NCBI GenBank assembly: GCA_019744975.1
Contig: JAIETP010000002.1
Coordinates: 4,631-68,630, forward strand
DNA from: Burkholderiales bacterium
GTDB taxonomy: Bacteria > Pseudomonadota > Gammaproteobacteria > Burkholderiales > SG8-41
Reading direction: 5' to 3'
DNA: 64,000 nucleotides
Both the position numbers and the translations under genes were made by a program. This document shows, in pieces, positions 38,202-48,207 of this stretch; positions within the stretch are counted from its first letter, which is position 1; each line of letters starts with the position of its first letter. The notes below the pieces were generated by a model. The model did not search any database. It saw only the letters and a program-made list of their open reading frames with translations, and was not told the origin of the DNA.

Positions 38202-40883
38202 TCAGGATTCCCAGGGTGCTGCGTTGGTCGTGGTGATCCCGTAACGGGCCACTGCCGCAGCCACAACATCGCGGCTGATACTGTCGTCATCCGCCAGCGC
38301 CGCCAGCGCGGCGACCGCGATATGGTGGCGATCCATTTCAAAAAACCGGCGCAGATTCTCCCGCGTGTCGCTGCGCCCATAACCATCTGTCCCGAGTGCG
38401 ACATAGCGTCTAGGCACATATGCACGGATCAGGTCGGGTACGGCAGTGACATGGTCGGATGCGGCAATCACCGGGCCGGTGTGTTGTGCGAGTAATCCTT
38501 CAACATGTGATACCCGTGGTTCGGCGGCAGGATTCAGGCGGTGGTGGCGCGCACAGGCCATACCGTCGCGGCGCAGTTCGCTCCAGCTGGTGACGCTCCA
38601 CACATTGGCGGCGATGCCGAAATCGTTTTGTAGTAATTCCGCGGCGGCAATCGATTCGCGCAGGATGGTGCCGCTGCCAAGCAGTTGCACAGCGGCATCC
38701 GGTTTCCACTGCAGCAGGTACATGCCTTTCAGAATGCCCTCGCGCGCATTGGCAGGCATCGCCGGCTGCACATAGTTTTCGTTCATCACGGTGATGTAAT
38801 AAAAAACATCCTCCTGCGCGTCGAGCATGCGCCGTGTGCCGTCCTGGATAATGGTCGCCAGTTCGTAACCATAGGCGGGATCCCAGGCGCGGCAGTTCGG
38901 CACCGTGGAGGCGATCAGCTGCGAGGAGCCGTCCTGGTGCTGCAGGCCTTCGCCGGAGAGCGTGGTGCGGCCGGCGGTGGCGCCGATCAGGAAGCCGCGT
39001 GACCGGCAGTCACCCGCCTGCCAGATCAGGTCACCGACGCGCTGGAAGCCGAACATGGAGTAAAAAATATAAAAGGGCAGCATCGGCGTGCCATGCACGC
39101 TGTAGCTGGTGGCCGCTGCGATCCAGGACGACAGTGCACCGGCTTCATTGATGCCTTCCTCGAGAATCTGTCCGTCCTGCGCTTCCTTGTAATACAGCAG
39201 CTCGTCGCGGTCTTCGGGTTCGTAGAGCTGACCGAAGGGAGAGTAGATTGCCACCTGGCGGAACAGCGACTGCATGCCGAAGGTGCGCGCCTCGTCGGCG
39301 ACGATGGGCACGATGTGTTTGCCGATGGCGGGATCCTTCAGCATCTGTGCGAGCATTTTGACGAAGCTCATGGTCGTCGATTCTTCGCGCCCGCTGGAGC
39401 CTTCGGTAATCCGGGTGTAAGCCTCGGGCACCGGCACCGTGATGCGTGCTGCGGTGGTGACCCGCGCCGGCAGGTAGCCGCCGAGAGCCGTGCGGCGCGC
39501 ATGCAGGTAACGCATTTCCGGACTGTCGTCGGCGGGTTTCCAGAATTTCAGCGCCTTGACGTCAGCGTCGGGGATTGGCAAAGCAAAACGGTCACGGAAG
39601 GCGAGCAGCGCATCGTCTTCCATTTTTTTCTGCTGATGCGCACCCATCTTGCCCTGGCCCCAGTGGCCCATGCCATAACCTTTTTTGGTCTGCGCCAGGA
39701 TCACCGTCGGCCGGCCGCGGTGATTCATCGCCGACTGATAGGCGGCGTGGATTTTTACCGGGTCGTGGCCGCCGCGGCGCAGGCGGTCGATGTCCTCGTC
39801 CGACAGATGGGACACCAGCGCCTGCAGCTCCGGATCCTTGTTGAAAAAATGCTCGCGGTTGAAGCGGCCGTCGGTGGCCGCGTATTTCTGGAATTCGCCG
39901 TCCACGGTTTCATGCAGGCGTTTCAGGATCACGTGTTCCGTGTCGCGCGCGAACAGCGGATCCCATTCCGAACCCCAAAGCAGCTTGGTGACATGCCAGC
40001 CTGCCCCCGAGAACAGGCCTTCGAGTTCCTGGATCAGCGAACCGTTGCCGCGCACCGGACCGTCAAGCCGCTGCAGATTGCAGTTGACGACAAAGATCAG
40101 GTTGTCGAGACCCTCGCGTGCGGCCAGCGAAAGTCCGGCCAGGGATTCCGGTTCATCCATTTCGCCGTCGCCGACGAAGGCCCAGACCTTGCGCCCCGCG
40201 GTTTTCTGGATGCCGCGGTGTTCCAGGTAACGCATGAACCGCGCCTGGTAAATTGCATTCACAGGACCGAGGCCCATCGAGGCGTTGGGGAATTGCCAGA
40301 AATCCGGCATCAGGTAGGGATGGCAATAGGATGACAGTCCCGTTCCCGGTCCGCTGGTTTCGCGGCGGTAGTTGTTCAACTGGTCTTCGCTCAAACGGCC
40401 TTCGAGCCAGGCGCGGGCATAAATGCCGGGCGAGGCATGGGGCTGGAAAAACACTGCATCGCCATTCTGTCCGGCGCGGAAAAAATGGTTGAAACCGACT
40501 TCAAACAAATCAGCGATCGAAGCGTAAGTCGCGATATGGCCGCCGAGTTCAGCGCTGCCGCGATTGGCGCGCACCACCATTGCCAGCGCATTCCAGCGCA
40601 CCAAGGCGGAGATGCGTGTTTCCACATCAAGGTTGCCCGGGAACTGCGGCTGTTCGGCGAGATCGATGCTGTTGCAGTAAGGGGTGTTCAATACCGGTGG
40701 CATCGGTACTCGTTGCGCCCGCGCTTCATCCAGCAGTTTGCGCAGCAGATAGGTGGCGCGTTCACGGCCGCCTGATTCGATCAGCGAATTGAAGGCGTCC
40801 AGCCATTCGCGGGTTTCGACCGGATCAGGGTCGGCGGGCATCACACGCCAGAAGGCGGCGGCAAGTTCGGACAGGTCGGCCAT
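38202..40883 (-). CDS. aceE: pyruvate dehydrogenase E1 component, homodimeric type
   Basis: About 890 aa with DPDPVETREWLDAF at the N-terminus and the ThDP motif GDGEMDEPES. RBS GGAGGA precedes ATG 40883. Confidence 0.9.
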   Translation of the reverse strand: MADLSELAAAFWRVMPADPDPVETREWLDAFNSLIESGGRERATYLLRKLLDEARAQRVPMPPVLNTPYCNSIDLAEQPQFPGNLDVETRISALVRWNALAMVVRANRGSAELGGHIATYASIADLFEVGFNHFFRAGQNGDAVFFQPHASPGIYARAWLEGRLSEDQLNNYRRETSGPGTGLSSYCHPYLMPDFWQFPNASMGLGPVNAIYQARFMRYLEHRGIQKTAGRKVWAFVGDGEMDEPESLAGLSLAAREGLDNLIFVVNCNLQRLDGPVRGNGSLIQELEGLFSGAGWHVTKLLWGSEWDPLFARDTEHVILKRLHETVDGEFQKYAATDGRFNREHFFNKDPELQALVSHLSDEDIDRLRRGGHDPVKIHAAYQSAMNHRGRPTVILAQTKKGYGMGHWGQGKMGAHQQKKMEDDALLAFRDRFALPIPDADVKALKFWKPADDSPEMRYLHARRTALGGYLPARVTTAARITVPVPEAYTRITEGSSGREESTTMSFVKMLAQMLKDPAIGKHIVPIVADEARTFGMQSLFRQVAIYSPFGQLYEPEDRDELLYYKEAQDGQILEEGINEAGALSSWIAAATSYSVHGTPMLPFYIFYSMFGFQRVGDLIWQAGDCRSRGFLIGATAGRTTLSGEGLQHQDGSSQLIASTVPNCRAWDPAYGYELATIIQDGTRRMLDAQEDVFYYITVMNENYVQPAMPANAREGILKGMYLLQWKPDAAVQLLGSGTILRESIAAAELLQNDFGIAANVWSVTSWSELRRDGMACARHHRLNPAAEPRVSHVEGLLAQHTGPVIAASDHVTAVPDLIRAYVPRRYVALGTDGYGRSDTRENLRRFFEMDRHHIAVAALAALADDDSISRDVVAAAVARYGITTTNAAPWES

Positions 40884-40951
40884 GGTTTCCTCCGCGCGCG
40901 AGTTCGCGCGCATGCCCGGATGTTACGCAAAAGGCCGCAGAACAGGGTTTC

Positions 40952-40971
40952 GTATCTTATTGTTTTTATTG
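40952..40971 (-). repeat. AT-box copy (CAATAAAAACAATAAGATAC on the minus strand)
   Basis: Identical 13-mer core. Confidence 0.7.
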
Positions 40972-40983
40972 GTTATATAAGCA

Positions 40984-41015
40984 TATAATGCTGCTTATTT
41001 AACAATTAGCAGCAT
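40984..41015 (+). promoter_or_regulatory. candidate lrp-family promoter -10 (TATAAT, 40984-40989) and inverted repeat ATGCTGC-N14-GCAGCAT (40988-41015)
   Basis: Read directly from the sequence. The inverted repeat ends 3 nt before the ATG at 41019. Confidence 0.45.
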
Positions 41016-41018
41016 AAA

Positions 41019-41528
41019 ATGCCAAAAATTAATCTCGATGCAACAGATTGGAAAATCCTCGCCCGGCTGCAGCAGGACGCGCGGCTGTCCAATGTTGAAC
41101 TGGCGCGCGCGGTGAACCTGTCGCCGTCGCCCTGCCTCGCGCGGGTGCGGCGGCTGGAGGAGGCCGGGCTGATCAGCCGTTATGTGACGCTGCTCGATGC
41201 GCTGGCGCTGGGACTGACGGTGTCGGTGTTCATCCAGGTGCGGCTGGAGCGGCAGGTGGAAAAAGCGCTGGAGCTTTTTGAGCGCGCGATCGCCGAGCGG
41301 CCCGAGGTCATGGAGTGTTACCTGATGACCGGTGACTCGGACTACATGCTGCGGGTGATGGTGGCCGACGTGCAGGCGCTGGAACGCTTCATTGTCGATT
41401 TTCTGGCGAAGATTCCCGGTGTCGGCAACCTGAAATCGAGTTTTGCGCTGAAGCAGGTCAAATACAAGACGGCATTGCCGCTGCCGGGCGCCATTCCGGC
41501 AATACCGGCACGAAAAAAACGGCCCTGA
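41019..41528 (+). CDS. Lrp/AsnC-family transcriptional regulator
   Basis: [45 protein letters not shown] plus a RAM domain. Confidence 0.9.
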   Translation: MPKINLDATDWKILARLQQDARLSNVELARAVNLSPSPCLARVRRLEEAGLISRYVTLLDALALGLTVSVFIQVRLERQVEKALELFERAIAERPEVMECYLMTGDSDYMLRVMVADVQALERFIVDFLAKIPGVGNLKSSFALKQVKYKTALPLPGAIPAIPARKKRP

Positions 41529-41536
41529 AGGGGCCG
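41512..41536 (-). terminator. rho-independent terminator for infA paralogue (overlaps lrp 3' end)
   Basis: 6-bp GC stem cggccc/gggccg, followed on the minus strand by a run of 7 T. Confidence 0.6.
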
Positions 41537-41569
41537 TGATTAACGTCGATTAACTTAACTTCGCTTAAA

Positions 41570-41842
41570 TTAGCGTCGTTTGACAAAAGCCGGGCGTGCG
41601 CCGCCGGGTGGACCGGCGCGTTCATCCTTGTGGCGAAAGCTGATGCGACCCTTGTTCAGATCGTACGGCGAAATCTCGATGGTAACCTTGTCGCCGGCGA
41701 GTATGCGAATGCGGTGTTTGCGGATCTTGCCCGATGCATAAGCGGTGACGGCGTGGCCGTTTTCCAGCTTGACGCGAAACATCGTGTTGGGCAGCACCTC
41801 GTCAATGACGCCCTCGTATTCGACCATATCTTCCTTGGACAT
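41570..41842 (-). CDS. infA: translation initiation factor IF-1 paralogue with an 18-aa basic C-terminal extension
   Basis: [54 protein letters not shown] is near-canonical IF-1. It then continues [20 protein letters not shown]. Confidence 0.85.
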   Translation of the reverse strand: MSKEDMVEYEGVIDEVLPNTMFRVKLENGHAVTAYASGKIRKHRIRILAGDKVTIEISPYDLNKGRISFRHKDERAGPPGGARPAFVKRR

Positions 41843-41881
41843 CGGCGGATTTCCTGTGGGTATGCTGCGACCGCGCGGCGA

Positions 41882-42091
41882 TCAGATGGCGGCCAGGTTG
41901 ACTGCGGATGAACGGCCGTCCTGGCCTTTTTCGATGTCGAACGAGACCTTCTGGTTTTCAGTCAGGGTTTTCATGCCGGCGCGTTCCACCGCGGAAATGT
42001 GCACGAATACGTCTTTCGACTGATCCTGCGGCTGGATAAAACCGAAACCCTTGGTGGCGTTGAAAAATTTTACGGTGCCGATGGTGGCCAT
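41882..42091 (-). CDS. CspA-family cold-shock protein
   Basis: [17 protein letters not shown] (RNP1) and DVFVHISA (RNP2). 69 aa. Confidence 0.9.
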   Translation of the reverse strand: MATIGTVKFFNATKGFGFIQPQDQSKDVFVHISAVERAGMKTLTENQKVSFDIEKGQDGRSSAVNLAAI

Positions 42092-42327
42092 GCCTGCTTC
42101 TCCGGAAGTGGGGATCAGCGCCCGGGATTGGACGCAATATCAATGACGTATGGAGAAGACCAAACAGAGGCGCCCGCAAAGGGGCGCGAAGAATAGACTG
42201 ATATCCAACCGCCGGCGCGGAGTATGGGCGCTTGAGCACTGATTTGCAAGGAATATTCCGTGATGCAGGTCAGGTTCCTTGACCAGTTTGTCCCGGCGTA
42301 ACACTGCTGGCGTGCGCGCATGGCAAC

Positions 42328-43641
42328 TCAGCGCGGCGGAATCCTCGAGGCCAGGGGTTTGACGGCGTAGTCAGGGACAAACCGGCAGTCGGCTGGCGTT
42401 GCGGCGCGCAGCGTCCGGCAAAGCGCTGCAATGCCGTCCGGTGTGGGTTTCTCGTCCTTGTCGATCCAGTTCAGCAGTGCCTCAAACAGGGGTGGATACA
42501 TCGCATCACCCCAGTAGCTGTGCTGATTCGAATCGACGAAGGTTTGTACCAGGCGCGCGGCGCGGCCGGCCGCCGCCATGCGCTGGCGCAGTGTGTCGCT
42601 GCCTTCGACGAAGACGGTCGAGTCGTTGATGGCGTGGGCTGCCAGCACGGGCATCGCGAAACGTCCGGTGTAATCGACGTCGGCGGCAAAACGAGCCGCT
42701 GCTGCAGGATCGGCGCGGTAGCGCCTGACGCCGGCGTTCAGTGCGGCATCGTCATCCGAGCCCGTGTACCGCACGTTGTCGTTGCCGAAGGGGCTGGTGC
42801 CGGTGCGCTGGATCACGTCGCGCAGCGTGAAGGTGCCCCATCTCAAGTGGCCGATGATTGCGTTCTCGGGAATGCGTACGACATCGGTGATGGTGCGCAC
42901 GCGCCGTGCCTGTTCCGGCGTGCGCTGCGCAGCGGGTTTGTTCAAACCGAGGCAGTCATTCATGCGGGCAGTGAGATCGGCGTTGCTGAGCTTGCTGTCG
43001 GCCGGCAGGCCCATCCACAGCGGATATTGCGCTTCATCGGATCGCGGGTGGTTGTTGCACAGGTATTGATAAATGACCCGCAGGTCGAGCCGGAAATCGT
43101 AGGTTGTCGGGCCGGCGACGACGCCACTGGTCAGCAGCATCCCCTCCCACGACTGCGGAAACAGTTCGGCCGCTTTGGTGGCGACCATCGCGCCCCAGGA
43201 CTGTCCGTGCAGCAGCGTGCGCCGCGGTTTGGCGACATGGTCGACGAAGATGCGGCGTACACGGTCGGTGTCTTCCGCCGCGGTGGTAACGGCAAAACCG
43301 CCCTGGCGAAATACCGAGCCCGCCCAGGCATGGCCCTGACTTACGGTGATGGCCCAGCGCTTGATGTCTTCGTCGGCGCGCGAGGCCTTGGGCTCGCCGA
43401 GTGACGGGCCGCCATGCGCATGTACGACAAGCACGCCGCTCCATTGGGCAGGCATCACGATCAGGTAGTGGGCTTTTGCCGAATCCTGGCCGCGCAGGCA
43501 GCGGGCGCCGGCTGGTACGCCTTCCGGGCAGGCGGCGGCCTGTGGTGCGACTTCTGGTGGATGTGACGGTGCGGTTGCGCAACCGGCCAGCAGGGCGAGC
43601 GTACCACCCAGTAACAGAGTTGATCGTATGGTTGCTTTCAT
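42328..43641 (-). CDS. lipoprotein, alpha/beta-hydrolase-like, function unknown
   Basis: Lipobox LLAGCA and a possible nucleophile elbow GQSWGA. I do not recognise a characterised family. Confidence 0.5.
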   Translation of the reverse strand: MKATIRSTLLLGGTLALLAGCATAPSHPPEVAPQAAACPEGVPAGARCLRGQDSAKAHYLIVMPAQWSGVLVVHAHGGPSLGEPKASRADEDIKRWAITVSQGHAWAGSVFRQGGFAVTTAAEDTDRVRRIFVDHVAKPRRTLLHGQSWGAMVATKAAELFPQSWEGMLLTSGVVAGPTTYDFRLDLRVIYQYLCNNHPRSDEAQYPLWMGLPADSKLSNADLTARMNDCLGLNKPAAQRTPEQARRVRTITDVVRIPENAIIGHLRWGTFTLRDVIQRTGTSPFGNDNVRYTGSDDDAALNAGVRRYRADPAAAARFAADVDYTGRFAMPVLAAHAINDSTVFVEGSDTLRQRMAAAGRAARLVQTFVDSNQHSYWGDAMYPPLFEALLNWIDKDEKPTPDGIAALCRTLRAATPADCRFVPDYAVKPLASRIPPR

Positions 43642-43686
43642 GGTTACCCCGTCAGGAAATTGTCGAAGAGAAAAAAGCAGGTCTGT

Positions 43687-44673
43687 TTACCGCAGATCCA
43701 GCTTGAGTTCCTGGATCAGGTTGCCCCAGCGCGTCATCCCGTCAGCGATCAGTTTTGAAACTTCCTCGGGGGAACTGGGCTGTGCTTCGAAGCCCGCGGC
43801 CAGAAGTTTGTCGCGTGCTGCGGGATGTTTGAGGATTGCGTTGATCTCGGTGTTCAGGCGGCTGATGACCGCTTTTGGTGTCTTTGCGGGTGCGAGCATC
43901 GCCGTCCACTGATAAACATCGAATCCCTTCAATCCGGATTCATCCAGCGTCTGCACATCCTGCAGAACGGCCGAGCGTTTCTTTGAAGTGACCGCGAGTA
44001 TCCGGACCCGCCCGGCCTTGTGCTGCGGGATCACAGTGGATGAGCCGAGTACTGCAGCAGGCACCTGACCGCCGCTGAGGTCGATGATCGCCTGGCCGCC
44101 ACCCTTGTACGGGATGTGCACCATGTCGATACCGGTCATTTTCTTGATCAGTTCGCCCGACAGGTGTTGCGAGGTTCCGGTGCCCGAAGTGGCAAATGAC
44201 AGCGATCTGGTTTTGGCGAGAGCTACGAACTCCTTCACGTTCCTCGCCGGTACGGCGGAATGAACGGCAAGCACCAGGGGCTGGGTGGACATGGTGGATA
44301 CCGGGGCAAAACTGCTGCGCGGATCGAATTTCAGGTTCTTGTAGGAGAAGGGCACAACCGTCAGCGAATCCGCCGTGGTGATCAACGTGTATCCGTCGGC
44401 TTCTGCTGCGGCCACGCCGGTGAAGGCAATGGTGCCGGTGGCGCCGGGGCGGTTGTCGACCACGACCTGCTGTCCGAGGCGGGCTGTCAATTGTTCGCCG
44501 ACGATGCGCGATACGAGGTCGGTGGCGCCGCCGGGCACGTAGGGCACGACCAGGCGCATCGGGCGGCTGGGCCAGGACTGTGCGGCCGCCTGCCCGGAGA
44601 GCGGAAACAGTGCGGTTATCAGCACCGAGGTGGCCATTACGATGCGGCTTAGCAGGGGGCGTGGCAGAATCAT
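43687..44673 (-). CDS. Bug/TctC-family substrate-binding protein
   Basis: RPMRLVVPYVPGGATD motif. The start is uncertain (ATG 44673 or 44679). Confidence 0.85.
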   Translation of the reverse strand: MILPRPLLSRIVMATSVLITALFPLSGQAAAQSWPSRPMRLVVPYVPGGATDLVSRIVGEQLTARLGQQVVVDNRPGATGTIAFTGVAAAEADGYTLITTADSLTVVPFSYKNLKFDPRSSFAPVSTMSTQPLVLAVHSAVPARNVKEFVALAKTRSLSFATSGTGTSQHLSGELIKKMTGIDMVHIPYKGGGQAIIDLSGGQVPAAVLGSSTVIPQHKAGRVRILAVTSKKRSAVLQDVQTLDESGLKGFDVYQWTAMLAPAKTPKAVISRLNTEINAILKHPAARDKLLAAGFEAQPSSPEEVSKLIADGMTRWGNLIQELKLDLR

Positions 44674-44782
44674 TTGCATTCCTTTCAACAGGTTATATTC
44701 GTGACCACGGTCTGCGACCGGTGTCTGCAGGCATGATGGCTTTTGCCATTGAAGGCCTTTAGAAGTAGCATTAGCAACTACT

Positions 44783-45685
44783 ATGCCATATATTTCTGAA
44801 AAAAAGAAAAAGCCCGGCACACGTCCCGTGCGTTCCGGAACACCGCTGGCGGAGGCTTTGCGCCGGCTCGGGTTTACCGACTACGAGGCCCGTGCCTACG
44901 CGGCGCTTTCCGCGACGCATCCGGCGACGGCCTACGAGATCGCCAAGAAGGCCGTTTTGCCGCGGGCCAATGTTTACGCCACCCTGCATGCGCTGGAGGC
45001 GCGGGGCGCGATCCAGCCGGTCACTGAAAATCCCGTGCGTTATGTCCCGGTCGATCCAGAGCAGTTTTTCCGAGGCGTCCAGCGCGCCACCAGCGAGTTG
45101 TGCGAGGACGTGGTGCGGGCAATGCGCCGCAGCGCGCAGCCGCCCGCCAACGCCTATGTGTCGATTTTCCGCGGCGAGGAGGACGTCCGGCGCAAGCTCA
45201 CCGACATGATCGAACGCGCGCACGACCACATCTGGATGAAAGGCCCGGTCGGACTGATCGGACCGCATGCCGCCGCGCTGGCCGCCGCGGCCCGCCGCGG
45301 CGTGATGGTGCGTCTGATCGTGTTCGGCAAGGCGGTCGCCGGGCTGAAGCCGCACAGGCGCCTGCAGCTGATTCCACACGAAGGGGACGGCGAACCGCAT
45401 GGTCCGCCTTCGGACCGCATGCTCACCGCGACGGTCGACAGCGAGGGCATGCTGATCGCTTCATTTTCCGGCACGGCCAAGGCCTCCTTCGCCAGGGATT
45501 ACTCGATTGTTTACGTGATCGAGACCCTGTTGCTGCACGAGGTTTATCTCGCCGAAATCCACGGGGCCTTCGGCCGCCAGCTCGAATCGAGGTTCGGCCG
45601 CCAGTTGGGCAGCCTGCGCCGGAAGTACCGGCCCCGGGGACGTGAGCGGCCGGTGCTTGAGGGCGCCGAACCCGAACCTTCTTGA
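44783..45685 (+). CDS. TrmB-family transcriptional regulator
   Basis: LGFTDYEARAYAALSATHPATAYEIAKKAVLPRANVYATLHALEARG winged-helix block. Confidence 0.75.
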   Translation: MPYISEKKKKPGTRPVRSGTPLAEALRRLGFTDYEARAYAALSATHPATAYEIAKKAVLPRANVYATLHALEARGAIQPVTENPVRYVPVDPEQFFRGVQRATSELCEDVVRAMRRSAQPPANAYVSIFRGEEDVRRKLTDMIERAHDHIWMKGPVGLIGPHAAALAAAARRGVMVRLIVFGKAVAGLKPHRRLQLIPHEGDGEPHGPPSDRMLTATVDSEGMLIASFSGTAKASFARDYSIVYVIETLLLHEVYLAEIHGAFGRQLESRFGRQLGSLRRKYRPRGRERPVLEGAEPEPS

Positions 45686-45743
45686 ATCGCCACAGACCGG
45701 CAAACATCCTTGCCTTGAATACGCAATCCTGGGAGAACCTGAA

Positions 45744-47111
45744 ATGACCGCACCGAATGCGAACGCCCGTCCCAATATCGTGCTGATCCTCGCCGACAAC
45801 CTCGGCTGGGGCGAACTCGGGTGTTATGGCGGCGGGCTGCTGCGCGGCGCTCCGACTCCGCGCATCGATGCGCTGGCCGCCGAAGGCCTGCGCCTGCTCA
45901 ATTTCAACGTCGAAAGCGATTGTGTGCCGACACGTTCGGCGCTGATGACCGGGCGGCATCCGATCCGCACCGGCGCGTTGCAGTCAGTACCGGCCGGGTT
46001 GCCGCAGGGCATCATTCCCTGGGAGATGACACTGGCGCAGTTGCTGAAGCAGCGGGGGTATGCGACGGCGATCCACGGCAAATGGCATCTCGGCGACCGT
46101 AAAGGGCGCTTTCCCACCGACCGCGGATTTGACGAGTGGTACGGCATTCCGCGCACCACCAACGAAAGCATGTTCACTAGTGCCGCCGGCTACGATCCGG
46201 AAGTCACGCCGCTGCCGTATGTACTTGAGGCCAAAGCTGGCGAGGTGCCGCGTGAAGCCGGGCTGTACGACCTCGACATGCGCCGCCGCATCGACGGTGA
46301 ACTGGTCGGTCGTGCGCAGGATTTCATCCAGCGGCAACACCGGGCGGGCAAGCCGTTTTTTTCCTATGTGCCGCTGACGCAGCTGCATTATCCGACGATT
46401 CCGCACATGGATTTTGCCGGCAAAACCGGCGCCGGTGATTTTGCCGATGCGATGGCGGAAATGGATCACCGCGTCGGCCAACTGGTCGATACCGTGGATC
46501 AGCTCGGCATCGCGGACAACACGCTGTTCATTTTTGCCAGCGACAACGGCCCGGAATTCCGCCGGCCGTGGCGCGGCTCGGCTGGCATGTGGCAGGGCAC
46601 GTATCACACGGCGATGGAGGGTGGCTTGCGCGCGCCCTGCATGTTGCGCTGGCCGGGGCGCATCCCCGAAGGCGGCGTGTCGAATGAAATTGTGCAGGTG
46701 ACCGATCTTTACACCACACTGGCCGGCATTGCCGGAGCGACACTGCCCGCCGATCGCCCGATCGACGGTGTCGACCAGCTGGATTTTTTCACCGGAAAAA
46801 CCGCGAAATCGGCGCGTGAAGGTCTGGTGTTTTACATCAAGACTGAATTACGTGCCGCGAAATGGCGCGACTGGAAACTGCATCTGGTGTGGGAGGCCGA
46901 GCCCAATGCCGGTGCCAACCATCTCGAGTCGCCGCTGCTGTTCAATCTGATCCAGGACCCCAAGGAGGAAACCGACGTCAATACGACGGCCGGCTGGGTG
47001 CGTACGCCGATTCGCCACATGATGCACGACTTCCAGGAAAGCCTGAAACGCAATCCGCCGATCCCGCCGGGCGCGCCCGACGGTTACCTGCCCGCGGTCA
47101 ACAAGAGTTGA
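45744..47111 (+). CDS. Cys-type sulfatase (arylsulfatase family)
   Basis: PNIVLILADNLG...CVPTRSALMTGR (CxPxR formylglycine motif). No signal peptide. RBS GGGAGA is upstream. Confidence 0.85.
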   Translation: MTAPNANARPNIVLILADNLGWGELGCYGGGLLRGAPTPRIDALAAEGLRLLNFNVESDCVPTRSALMTGRHPIRTGALQSVPAGLPQGIIPWEMTLAQLLKQRGYATAIHGKWHLGDRKGRFPTDRGFDEWYGIPRTTNESMFTSAAGYDPEVTPLPYVLEAKAGEVPREAGLYDLDMRRRIDGELVGRAQDFIQRQHRAGKPFFSYVPLTQLHYPTIPHMDFAGKTGAGDFADAMAEMDHRVGQLVDTVDQLGIADNTLFIFASDNGPEFRRPWRGSAGMWQGTYHTAMEGGLRAPCMLRWPGRIPEGGVSNEIVQVTDLYTTLAGIAGATLPADRPIDGVDQLDFFTGKTAKSAREGLVFYIKTELRAAKWRDWKLHLVWEAEPNAGANHLESPLLFNLIQDPKEETDVNTTAGWVRTPIRHMMHDFQESLKRNPPIPPGAPDGYLPAVNKS

Positions 47112-47253
47112 CACCGGGTTCCGGCCCGCGTCTTGGACAAGCATGGTGCCGTCCGCGGGAATAGAGGTTTGCCGCCGGCTGTGCCTTGTCAAGCGCCGGG
47201 CTTTGGCCTAGTGTTTCGGCCTCGCCCGTTTGCCGAGTTTTCCATTTGAGGAG

Positions 47254-48135
47254 ATGACCATGAACGACATGCTGCGTGAAGACTTGCTGGCCCTGGTTTC
47301 CAATCGCACCACCGTGTCGCGCCGCGAATTCGTCGCCGGCTCGCTGGCCGCCGGATTCGCGCTGGCCGTGCAGCCGGTGTCCGCGCAAACCATGATTACC
47401 ACCGACACCAGCGGCCTGACCGCCGGCGAAGTCCAGATCACCACCGCCAACGGTGACATTCCCGCGTATCGCGCGATGCCTGCCGGCGGCAAGGCTTTGG
47501 CAACCATCCTGGTTGTGCAGGAAATTTTCGGTGTGCATGAACACATCAAGGACGTCTGCCGGCGTTTTGCCAAGGCCGGTTACCTGGCGATTGCGCCGGA
47601 AATGTATTACCGCCAGGGCGACGTGTCGAAGCTGAAGGACAACAAGGAAATTTTCGCGGTGGTGGTGAGCAAGGTGCCCGACGCGCAGGTGATGAGCGAC
47701 CTCGATGCGGCGGTGGCCTGGGCGGCGAAAAACGGCGGCGATGGCAAGCGCATCGGCATCACCGGTTTCTGCTGGGGCGGGCGCATCACCTGGCTCTACA
47801 CCGCGCACAACAAAAACGTCAAGGCGGGAGTGGCCTGGTACGGTCGCCTGGTCGGTGACGCCACCGAGATGACGCCGAAACACCCGCTGGATGTCGTTGA
47901 CCAGATCAACGCGCCGGTGCTCGGCCTCTACGGCGGCGCCGATGCCGGCATTCCCAACGACACCGTCGACAGGATGAATGCCGCGCTGAAGGAAAAAGGC
48001 AAACCGTCGATGATCCATCTCTATCCCGACACGCCGCATGCCTTCCATGCCGACTACCGGCCGAGTTACCGCAAGGCGCAGGCCGACGACGGCTGGAAAC
48101 GCGCCACGGAGTGGTTCAAAAAGCACGGGGTGTGA
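47254..48135 (+). CDS. dienelactone hydrolase family protein, Tat-exported
   Basis: [18 protein letters not shown] Tat signal and the [26 protein letters not shown] block. Confidence 0.8.
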   Translation: MTMNDMLREDLLALVSNRTTVSRREFVAGSLAAGFALAVQPVSAQTMITTDTSGLTAGEVQITTANGDIPAYRAMPAGGKALATILVVQEIFGVHEHIKDVCRRFAKAGYLAIAPEMYYRQGDVSKLKDNKEIFAVVVSKVPDAQVMSDLDAAVAWAAKNGGDGKRIGITGFCWGGRITWLYTAHNKNVKAGVAWYGRLVGDATEMTPKHPLDVVDQINAPVLGLYGGADAGIPNDTVDRMNAALKEKGKPSMIHLYPDTPHAFHADYRPSYRKAQADDGWKRATEWFKKHGV

Positions 48136-48155
48136 TCTGTGCCGGCAGTCACGGT

Positions 48156-48197
48156 AAAAAAACAAAACGGGGCTCGCGGGCCCCGTTTGTTGTTTTT
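48156..48197. terminator. bidirectional rho-independent terminator
   Basis: The acggggc/gccccgt stem is flanked by an A-run on one side and a T-run on the other, between convergent genes. Confidence 0.7.
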
Positions 48198-48207
48198 GGC
48201 GACCGGA

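Noticed and set aside
45744-47111. Sulfatase without a signal peptide or an adjacent formylglycine-generating enzyme
   Set aside because: Cytoplasmic Cys-type sulfatases, and maturation enzymes encoded elsewhere, are known, so this is not anomalous on its own.
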